A stretch of 63,117 nt of DNA, filler included, from Stramenopiles sp. TOSAG23-3 (taxonomy: Eukaryota), in assembly GCA_900128585.1 (NCBI GenBank). It is 12 parts of 12 records of this genome, joined end to end, with 100 filler letters (N's around TTAATTAATTAA, not from the genome) between each part and the next. Parts side by side here need not be neighbours in the genome. Positions count along the whole stretch, not along the records: positions 16,291 to 24,332 come from LT643075.1; positions 24,433 to 32,455 come from LT643076.1; 10 more parts are not named here. One strand, 5' to 3'. Position 1 is the first letter of the stretch, and the number at the start of each line of letters is the position of its first letter. Positions 20,663 to 29,727 of the stretch are shown here, in pieces. Below the pieces are notes generated by a model that was not told where the DNA came from, did no database searches, and saw only the letters and a list, made by a program, of their open reading frames with translations. A program made the position numbers and the translations under genes.

Positions 20663-22912
20663 TCACTTTTTTTTGTGTAGCCCATTCTTCAATCGCCACA
20701 GGCGCCCCCTCTCAATTTTTTCTTGTTTTCGACGCTTTTTCCGGCTTTCCTCGTCTTCTTTAAGACGGGCGTGCTTTTTACTGTCGAATGGGGTTTCTCC
20801 TAACATAACCTTGATCTCGTCTCGAATGACCCCCCGTGCACGGGGGTCGGACCCACTTCGTTTCAGCGACTTGAACAGGCCATTGTAGTCTGTTCTGCTG
20901 TTGGCCCCGAGGGTTGCGGTGTCCCCCGCGCTTAGTTGGCACACTACCTTGCGCAGGCCCTCCAGAGTTGCGCTCGTTGCACAGTCCGCGTTATTCGGCA
21001 CTAAGGCGCCTGTGCGCGCAGATTGTGCGGTGCTTTTGGCCCGTTCGTCCGTGGTTGCAGTCGCCTCCCCGGCAGCACGCTGTGACGGCAATTTAGGAGC
21101 ATGACCCGGTTCACACCGGCATGCCTCTTTAGCCGAAATTACGAACGCCTCCAGCTTCTCGCAGTACACAGAATGCGGGATTGACTGCAGGAACAACTTT
21201 GCAGGACTATTCCGGTCCGTCGTTTTCCATTGTACATTTATGTCGTCGTACCCAAGATGTTTCGCAACGTTCCCCACGTGTCGAAGCATCAAATGTTCTA
21301 CCCCGCGCTGCAGCGCCCGGCAGCTCAACAGAAATATTTGTACCCAGAACATCGGCGAAGAGCAGTCCGGTGTCCCAAGGCTCGGTTGCCATACCAACAG
21401 CCCAACATCCCCGTAATGCCCGAATCGGTCCGTCACCGATACCAGTGCGAAGCAGTCGGGACCGGCTTCACCGCCCACAAGCTTTACAATGTCGGAACGA
21501 GATTTCTTGAGTGCAGATGCATTGAATTGGTTTGTTCTCTCCATCAGTTGGATTATTCTCGGAATTTTCGTATTCATGTTCTTCGTGGTTGAGGTGTTCT
21601 GGAAATTAGCTTTAACGGCTAAGCTTCCAATAAAATCTCGCCAGCCCGTGCGCTCAGCCCCGTCGTTCCCATTTTCGTTTTCGACGAGGCCATTAAACTC
21701 TTTTTCCCTTTCCGTAGCCGCCCGGTACATTTCCGTTCGTTTGCCGTCCTCCTCCGTTAGAATCGACCCCAATGTAACGGGCCGGTCGAACACCCACGAG
21801 TGCCGCAGGTACGAAGCGATCTGTTCCTCTCGATATGGGATTTGCACCACTGAAACTTCGGGAAGGCGGCTTCTCACCAATGCGCACTCTCCAGGATTAT
21901 CATCGACGAATACGAAGGAGTTTAACGCCAGGTTGAGGTGCTTTGCCAAACATTGCAAGTTGTCGACCTTCTCCTTCCAATTTATGCGGTGCGCAACGAT
22001 GTGCTTATCAATGTCAAGAACCATATCGTTTTTCCGTTGGCGAAACACCTCGATGACATCAGATTCGTTGTTCTTGCTGCACAGGCACAGCAGCATACCT
22101 TGGTCGTGAAGGCGAGCAAAGTACTGCTGTAGAAAACGGTGCTGACCCGATATCTGGACCCCCATTGGCCCCACTTCGCCGACCGCCGACCGCCAAAGGG
22201 TATTGTCGCAATCCAGAACAATTACCTTTCTGGGTTTTAAATTCGGCAAGCATCGAAAGGTTTGTCGTGAAATTAGTTGGCCCAGTGCAGTTACCGCGAT
22301 AGACGTCAAGGGTGCATGCGCGGCCTTGTCCGCCGCTTTGTCGTACCAAGCAGCCGGAGCGGACGAGGGGATCGTTCCGGTGCAGTCCTTCGATGCAAAC
22401 GCAGGGTACAGTTCAAAAAAAGACGGGGTCGATGGAGCAAGGTGGAGGTTGGAAAGACCGGTGGCCTTCGCAAACTCCCCGAGCACGGTAGTTGTTGCCT
22501 GCTTTGAACGTTCCACTTTGCCGGGAGAGGACGGAAACTGGTATAAAATCAGCTGTTTGCCACTGTGATTAATGCAGTGCGCAATGACTGCCTTTGCGAA
22601 AGATTCGGCGCGCCTTTTCCACAGCCGGTCGGACTGTTCCGAATCTTCCCTTTCCGGTGCCAGCTCTGGGTGACTGTACACAATATCTTCCATACGGAAT
22701 ACAAGGACGCTTGCCCACACTCCCGTCTTACGCGCACTGGACCGAAGGTTACTCCTTAGGAAATCATCCATCGCCCCGTACGGCGACCATAATAATATTA
22801 CACGGGAAGAAAACCTTTTCGTGTAATGCCGAACAGCCTCGACGAGCCCGTCGCACGCGAAAGACGTCGCCACCGTCACCGTCGCCACCCCCAGACGATT
22901 GGTGCCGCTCAT
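20663..22912 (-). CDS. FkbH-like protein (HAD-IIIC phosphatase + acyltransferase-like domain)
   Basis: KVIVLDCDNTLW, LCSKNNE, INWKEK, FVFVDDNPGEC, RTNQFN, VTDRFGHYG, FLLSCRALQRGVEH. Confidence 0.92.
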   Translation of the reverse strand: MSGTNRLGVATVTVATSFACDGLVEAVRHYTKRFSSRVILLWSPYGAMDDFLRSNLRSSARKTGVWASVLVFRMEDIVYSHPELAPEREDSEQSDRLWKRRAESFAKAVIAHCINHSGKQLILYQFPSSPGKVERSKQATTTVLGEFAKATGLSNLHLAPSTPSFFELYPAFASKDCTGTIPSSAPAAWYDKAADKAAHAPLTSIAVTALGQLISRQTFRCLPNLKPRKVIVLDCDNTLWRSAVGEVGPMGVQISGQHRFLQQYFARLHDQGMLLCLCSKNNESDVIEVFRQRKNDMVLDIDKHIVAHRINWKEKVDNLQCLAKHLNLALNSFVFVDDNPGECALVRSRLPEVSVVQIPYREEQIASYLRHSWVFDRPVTLGSILTEEDGKRTEMYRAATEREKEFNGLVENENGNDGAERTGWRDFIGSLAVKANFQNTSTTKNMNTKIPRIIQLMERTNQFNASALKKSRSDIVKLVGGEAGPDCFALVSVTDRFGHYGDVGLLVWQPSLGTPDCSSPMFWVQIFLLSCRALQRGVEHLMLRHVGNVAKHLGYDDINVQWKTTDRNSPAKLFLQSIPHSVYCEKLEAFVISAKEACRCEPGHAPKLPSQRAAGEATATTDERAKSTAQSARTGALVPNNADCATSATLEGLRKVVCQLSAGDTATLGANSRTDYNGLFKSLKRSGSDPRARGVIRDEIKVMLGETPFDSKKHARLKEDEESRKKRRKQEKIERGRLWRLKNGLHKKK

Positions 22913-23753
22913 CGCTTCTTCGGGGGTTTTCGACTCTGCAGATATCGTACTAACCTAACAGTAGAACCATTTTTGCTATAACGGAAAGTGCAAGTACCAA
23001 TTTACAATGTACGCCAAGATCTCTTTCTAACCACCCCTCATCATTTTTGATGGTTTCGAGCAGACAAAATATATGTACCGTACTGGTATACAGAAAAACA
23101 GCATGTGTGTGGGTAACGAAGGAAGAAGTCGTTCTAATAATTAATAATACTGTTGTACCAATAATAATAATAATAATAGTTAATAATTTATAGTGTCTAC
23201 GACGACTACCACCCATCATTAATAATAATATTAGGTCTATCTACTATTACAATTAAAAAAAAAAATGTATAGTCTAATAAAATATAAAAAAAATAACACA
23301 CTATATTATTATGAATTATTAGTTCTTCGCGTTTTTTGTTGTTTGTTATTTATTAATAGAATTTTTTTTTATTACTACTACCATTATTTTTTAATAATGA
23401 TAATCATATAATACAGCAGTACAGGTACTGTATTATTGGTACAATAATAATATTATTATTTATAAATATTATTATTTCATTATACTTCTTGTTACACGAC
23501 GAGGTATTCTTCGATGTGGTTCACCACAAACAAATACCGAATATGGTTGAAAGTGTTTAATCTGTCCCTGGATTATTTATAAATTAACCAGGAAACTATT
23601 ACTAGAGATGAGCCCGACTTCATATGTACATTATTGAATTTTGGCCAACCTCGACGTGAGTATAGCTTAGTTGGACTGGCTAGAAGTTCCAAGGTCCAAG
23701 CAGGCGCGAACTGAGCGGTGGTGGGTTATCCCAAGCAAGTTTTTGTTGCTACT

Positions 23754-24332
23754 ATGAACGTTACTCGCGGCGTCTTCACGCGAGTACGCGTTGCTAATTG
23801 GCGAGCCATTGCTATGCGACCACGGGTGTATCGGGGCGTGCTTGGTACGCCAATAAATGCGAGCGAGCAGCAACGTTTTTTTGTGTCGACGAGCTTTTTT
23901 GACGGCTGGAAAAATCGTATAAAGACTGCCTTTGGCTTGGACAATCCGGAGGTCTTCTCCGACAAACAGGGTAATTTTTTTGCAGAGTCAAAGGAGAAGA
24001 ATCTCAATAATGATTACAAGAATAGGATACATGGTGCAAAGGGCATCAATGCCACCCGAAGGTTGTTTGCGGAGATGAAAGAGAAGAACATCGAAATGAA
24101 TGCCGGAACGTACAACCGTATGATTCGTGAGGTTGGGCAGTTCGGTCGTGACGTCGATGGCGCCCGAAGGTTGTTTGCGGAGATGAAAGAGAAGAACATC
24201 AAAATGAGTGCCGGGACGTACAACGTTATGATTCGTGTGGTTGGGGAGGGAGTTCGTGACGTCGATGGCGCCCGAAGGTTGTTTGCGGAGATGAAAGAGA
24301 AGAACATCAAAATGAATGCCGGGACGTACAAC
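23754..24332 (+). CDS. Pentatricopeptide-repeat-like protein, probably mitochondrial; 3'-truncated
   Basis: Arg-rich presequence-like N-terminus; 36-aa repeats AGTYN.MIR.VG...RDVDGARRLFAEMKEKNI.M; runs into the spacer. Confidence 0.85.
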
Positions 24333-25020
24333 NNNNNNNNNNNNNNNNNNNNNNNNNNNNNNNNNNNNNNNNNNNNTTAATTAATTAANNNNNNNNNNNN
24401 NNNNNNNNNNNNNNNNNNNNNNNNNNNNNNNNATAAAAACAAGAAAATTGGCTGTTTATTTAAAGTAAATATTAATAGAGAAATAAATATAATAATGTAC
24501 AGTGTCAGTAAAAATTTATTCCCTATATTTATTTTATAATTTAAAACTAATTTTATTTGTCTAAATCCACACTGAATTAAACAAATTTGATATATTGGTC
24601 GACAGGTTCGGTAACCCTAACCCTTCCTCCAAAAAGAACAAACAAATTAGTACTACAAAGATGCAGGAACAAGGAATGAAAGATTTTAAGGATTGGAAGA
24701 TCGTAACAAAGTGTTTATGGAAAGAAATGAGGGAACCGTTAGAGGCACGGACGACTAATAATAATATAATAATTATTAGAACGACTATTATAATAACACC
24801 CTCTTCATACAGACACCTTGGCTTCTTGTTAAGAATAAAATTTAAATTATTATGAGTGAATCGCAAACAGTGAATATATTTCCGAAAAAAATTATGATCA
24901 AGTGCGGTTTACATTAAAGGATTTATAGCTCACTACTTCTTTTGATGAATTCAAAAATATATATTTCGTACTGAATTGGACCGTGTACGTAAGGCACTTT
25001 CCCTGCAACAGCGGGTGAAG

Positions 25021-25935
25021 ATGGCGACGCAGAGAAGCTCGCCAAAACTGGGTCGGCAAATGACCAAAGAAGAGTTTGAAAGACAGAAACGGCTGGATAC
25101 GATTAATCTTAAACCGGAGCGCAGCGAGCCTCAGTTTTTAGTGAAGCAAGTTGCTGCTGGGTTGACGGTGACGGACGAGAGAACAAATATCCTGAGTGCG
25201 TTGAAAATATGCAACCTCGCTTCGCAAGGAGGAATCATGCTCAGGTCCATTATTGTAAGAGCAGTACCGCTTGTGTTGATTGAAATGCTGGAATTAAATC
25301 GAACGTACAAAACTGTGGGGTACTTTGAAAAACGAAAAATCGATCCAAAAATGAGTGAAAAAGTGGCGGGTGCCGCGGCGGCAGCGCTGACAGTGATTTA
25401 CCCGCAGCTTACCGAAAGCGAAAAAATTACTTACATCGAACAGGACATTGTGGGGAAAGCTATGAAACTTCACTACGCTGTTACCGATAATACAATAAAA
25501 AGGCAAGTGCATGGCCTGTTGCGAGTGTTAGGAGTTTTGAAACTGTTGCCGTACGCTGGTCCAAGTGGGGCGGGTGGCTTTGCAAAGCAGCCGTACCGAA
25601 AATACCAAAGTATGTTAGGAAGGGATTCAACGTGTCCAAAGAGTTCAAATAGGGGGGACGATGCTCGAATCATGTTCAAAACATACAACGAGGAAAATGT
25701 CAGACATACGTCTGAAACCTTGAATCCGGACCGCTGCCCCCATTGCAACGAGAGAGATCACTGGATGGATGAGTGCCCAGTGCGCAAAAGAGATCTATTT
25801 GCCGAATTACAAGCGCGAAACGAAGTAAAATATGGAACAGAAGAAGCTAAGAAGCGAATGATGAAGATCCGCAACGAGAAGCTTGCAGAAAAGAAAAGAC
25901 AGAAGAGAAAGAAACAACCAACTGTGCAAAACTAA
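25021..25935 (+). CDS. Uncharacterised protein with a CCHC zinc knuckle
   Basis: CPHCNERDHWMDEC fits C-X2-C-X4-H-X4-C; basic C-terminus. Confidence 0.75.
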   Translation: MATQRSSPKLGRQMTKEEFERQKRLDTINLKPERSEPQFLVKQVAAGLTVTDERTNILSALKICNLASQGGIMLRSIIVRAVPLVLIEMLELNRTYKTVGYFEKRKIDPKMSEKVAGAAAAALTVIYPQLTESEKITYIEQDIVGKAMKLHYAVTDNTIKRQVHGLLRVLGVLKLLPYAGPSGAGGFAKQPYRKYQSMLGRDSTCPKSSNRGDDARIMFKTYNEENVRHTSETLNPDRCPHCNERDHWMDECPVRKRDLFAELQARNEVKYGTEEAKKRMMKIRNEKLAEKKRQKRKKQPTVQN

Positions 25936-26139
25936 AAAGAAACAAAAACACAAAATTAATTCGTATGTTACATGATTTGATACATGATTAGTTGTTAAGT
26001 GTAAGAGTTCTTATAATCACATATCATACATTAATTGCGGTAAGTTAATGATTAAGCACATTTTTTAAATTAAACGGTACTTCGCTGTACTTTTCAGTCT
26101 GCCGTTTTCCTTAAGAGGTACAATTACCAGAGAGTTTTC

Positions 26140-26484
26140 TCACTCCTCGGTCACTTCCCAAATAAATATGCCTCGGTCGTTCGTCCCACAACTCACAAGA
26201 ATTTGAGGCATGTTGCCGGCATGCTGCAGCTCGCCATTCGATTCTTCGGGAACGCTGTCGGTGAACAGAAGCCGTGATATTTTAGGGCCGTGGCCTAGCA
26301 GACTAACGTACTCTTGTCCTCGTGTCCAAGCCGGGTAAGTGAACAGCTTAATTATACCGTCATCGTTTCCTGTAGCAAATATAGACCGCTGAGCGTTAAC
26401 GTGGGCGCAATTTACGAGAATCGGCCTCGCTTCCACAGGCCACGCTCCGCGCGTGTGCCGGTTTAAAGTCGTTCTTCCTTCCAT
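26140..26484 (-). pseudogene. Isolated C-terminal WD40 fragment of an EML (echinoderm microtubule-associated protein-like) protein
   Basis: GAWP...VNCAH...FATGNDDGIIKLFTYPA...GHGPKISRLLF...LVSCGTNDRGIFIW matches the last EML blades; only AT-rich DNA upstream. Confidence 0.55.
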
Positions 26485-27277
26485 ATACTACTCTTAACTA
26501 CTATTCTGTTTATTTATAATTAAATTACTTTTCGTTCTAATATGTGAATAGTCTATAATACGGTATTATTACGTACTAAAATCCCCCCTCTTTTTTTTTT
26601 CCCACAGACTTGAAACATTTTAAAACGCGCCTCAATCCTCAATCCTCAATAATTAAAATAAAATAAAATAAAATAGAACGAATAGAGACGACTAAAATAA
26701 TATGAATGAAGAATTTTTTATTACATTTCCTTTTTTTTTTATTTTATGCTATTTCCATGTATTATCGAAAACTAAAAAAATAGTTTCTATGCTATTGCCT
26801 GTGAAACTTATATAATGCTAAGTCAATGCTAACAATCTCTATTTAAAAAATGAAGTTTTTATATTTCTTTCCTTCCTTCCGGACATATTATAATTATAAT
26901 TATAATTTATTATTGAGAGGAACAATAGAATTATATTAGTAATAATAAAATATTAAAATAAAACAATAAATATATATTTTATTAATAACTTAAAATCATA
27001 ATATTATATTCATTCACACACCATCACCACAACCAACAACAAAAAACAAAAAAATCCGTTTTTTATTTTGAAAAAGCATTTTTCTCCTACCTCGTGCATT
27101 TTCATTCTATACAATACAAGACAATTCGATCCCATTCCCATGTTTGACATGAACATGTAGAATAAGAGTGGAGACAGAGTTGAAGAGGTGAAAGAGACGG
27201 AATTCAAAGTTACAATAGAACCACGGGAGAAACGATTGGCCATTGTTGTTGGTTGGTTAGTCGTCTCCCTGCTGAGC

Positions 27278-29461
27278 ATGGAAAACACGCAAACAACCAT
27301 TGATAGAGAGCATGAAATCAGCGAATGGATAGAAAAGGCAAAGAAAGCTGCGTATAAGAAAGACTTTTACAATGCGTCCCACCTGTTGCGGAGGGCGATC
27401 AAGTCGATGAAAGCGATCCGTGGCGAAAATGATATTCAGGTCGGCGGATTGTACGGTAAGCTATCTATTATACAGCGGCGTGCTGGCGACTACGTGGCTG
27501 CGCAGATGTCATACAACCTAGCGCTATCCATACTGAACGACACTCGTTCGGGCAATGCGATGGGCGGAATGATGGAAATCGCCGAAACGAGTCCCAAAGT
27601 AAAGGCGCCGCCCAAACGGAAACGAGGGAAAAAGAAGAGAAGCTCAAAGTCTTTGCCAAGCTTGTCGTTTTCCGAACAGTCGCGAGAGGAACGAAAGCAT
27701 TTGTTGAAGCATTTAAATCTCAATGACGTCTACCAACTTCCGCACTATACAATGCAGCACATAGCCGATGGAAGAATCAGCTACTGCGTACCAATAGAAA
27801 TGCAAGACTTGACGCCCCGGACACGCCACGCATTTGCAAAAATGGGGGTAAACCCAGATGTTATTCGCATCAGGGACCTTCACAGTTTCTACTTGGCAAA
27901 GCCGTGCATGAAACCCGAAGAACGGGAGAAACAGTTTGCGTGGTGGAGTCAGCGGCGGGAGCTGCTCTATCGAGATCTATTAGAATACAGGGAAATGAGC
28001 CAGTTGAAGCGGGAGAGTGACCAGCGAATGCAAAAAATGAAAGACGAACACGCGTCGATGGCGGAAACGTTCAAAGTCACCGCGTACGGCTTGGCGAACA
28101 CCAACGCATACGACAACGAGAGAAAATTAGCTCGGTCTGTCATTCCCACCGCTGTAAACGCGCCTTTTCGTGGCTCCGTGGTGGCAGCACTGCGGTGTCT
28201 GAAGACCCCGAAACAGACTCCAAATGAAAGACATAGGGGGAGAAAGCCCCGAATAGAAGCGGGGCCCAACTCGCTTGCTTGTCCCGCTTGCAAAACGATA
28301 TGGGACGGTAAGGATCGACCAATCTGTCGCATATGCAAAAAGAAAGTGAACTGGCAAGCGCTTTACCAATCAAATTATGAAAATGAGCGAGAACTGAATC
28401 ATTTTTTGAAACACAAGAAGAAACTAAGGAAAAAGCGAGAGAAAGAAAAACGGAAAAAAAAAGCCGCCCGAGATGCTGTTTTGAAACGAAGGGAAGATGC
28501 GAGAATTGCAAAATGGAAAGCCCAATGCAAAAAGAAGAAGCAGGAAAAATGGACCAGAATATCGGACGACGAAGAAGAAGCGATCGAGATGGCCCCCAAA
28601 GACGCTGGCGCCTCGTCTGATGAGGAAGAACACCACGGCGGTGACAATGTCCCTGTGGACTTTGCGGCCCTCATGGAGTCGCACAGAGTTGCAGCAAAAA
28701 AGAAGAAGAAAGAGGATGCGGGTGAAGACGAGGACAACATCGATTCGGAATCGAGCTCTTCATCGGATGACGAGAAGGAAAAGGACCCGAGCAAGTTTGT
28801 TGAAACTATACCGACGGGGTACGCCTTTCCGTTGCTCTTAAGTAGTTTAGAACGGGACGGTTTGAACCCTATCTTCGGCGGCCAGCGTCCGACCAACATG
28901 ACCTCGGAAGTAAACCTTATTCGAACGATCGACAATAAAACGAAACTAGACGTTACAAAGAAAGGCAGACGGAGGCATTTTCACCTGGCAAAGCACCGTG
29001 CTTTGCACCGGAAAAAGAAGATAGACCAACAGCTGTACATGTACAGCTTGACCAAGTCGGAGAAGAAAAAAATCCCAACAACCTCAACCGTCCTTGAAGC
29101 CGACTCTATCTTTGCCACCCTGCCGCCGCCAAAGGAGGAATCATGGGTCACCATTCAGGACACCAACAAAACGTACGCTAACGATGTTCATGAAATGATG
29201 CTCCACAAGTTGAGGCGTGATCAAAAGAACAGCATCGAGGAGGCCAAGAAAATGAATTCGTTGGACATTGGAAATGCAACTGACCGAACCGCTTTGTCTA
29301 CGTATTACCTCTTGAAGAATGCAAAGAAAAAAGACGAGTGGTTCGCTCAGCAGGAAAACTTGGGATTGATCGGAATTCGCCAAGAATTAAAATACTTGCA
29401 AAGTTCCATGGTGGAAGACGAAGAGGCAGCGGAACGCACGAATAATTTTACGTTGATGTGA
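27278..29461 (+). CDS. Uncharacterised TPR + C4 zinc-ribbon + coiled-coil protein (paralog of 29728-32328)
   Basis: N-terminal TPR-like helices, CPACK...CRICKK, acidic low-complexity middle; many motifs shared with the neighbour. Confidence 0.8.
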   Translation: MENTQTTIDREHEISEWIEKAKKAAYKKDFYNASHLLRRAIKSMKAIRGENDIQVGGLYGKLSIIQRRAGDYVAAQMSYNLALSILNDTRSGNAMGGMMEIAETSPKVKAPPKRKRGKKKRSSKSLPSLSFSEQSREERKHLLKHLNLNDVYQLPHYTMQHIADGRISYCVPIEMQDLTPRTRHAFAKMGVNPDVIRIRDLHSFYLAKPCMKPEEREKQFAWWSQRRELLYRDLLEYREMSQLKRESDQRMQKMKDEHASMAETFKVTAYGLANTNAYDNERKLARSVIPTAVNAPFRGSVVAALRCLKTPKQTPNERHRGRKPRIEAGPNSLACPACKTIWDGKDRPICRICKKKVNWQALYQSNYENERELNHFLKHKKKLRKKREKEKRKKKAARDAVLKRREDARIAKWKAQCKKKKQEKWTRISDDEEEAIEMAPKDAGASSDEEEHHGGDNVPVDFAALMESHRVAAKKKKKEDAGEDEDNIDSESSSSSDDEKEKDPSKFVETIPTGYAFPLLLSSLERDGLNPIFGGQRPTNMTSEVNLIRTIDNKTKLDVTKKGRRRHFHLAKHRALHRKKKIDQQLYMYSLTKSEKKKIPTTSTVLEADSIFATLPPPKEESWVTIQDTNKTYANDVHEMMLHKLRRDQKNSIEEAKKMNSLDIGNATDRTALSTYYLLKNAKKKDEWFAQQENLGLIGIRQELKYLQSSMVEDEEAAERTNNFTLM

Positions 29462-29727
29462 GATGTGTGCCCCCTTTCAAAAATTGGTTCTCGTGAGGGA
29501 GTAATCATTTTTTTTACGTGAATATTATTTAGAGAGAGAATTAAAACAAGAAAATTAGAGCTGTTATTTTTAAGTAGTATAATTAAAATTAATGTACTGC
29601 GAACTGATCTTTACTGTTGTGACTTTATCTCACTTAAAAGTTAATTAAAATAATTATCTTCCTCATGTACCGCGAAAATGTTTTAAAATCTGCTTTAAAT
29701 CTAATCCAATTACTATTTTTATTTCGC

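Noticed and set aside
25021-25935. Retroelement gag because of the CCHC knuckle
   Set aside because: Single knuckle, with no protease/RT/integrase or LTRs nearby.
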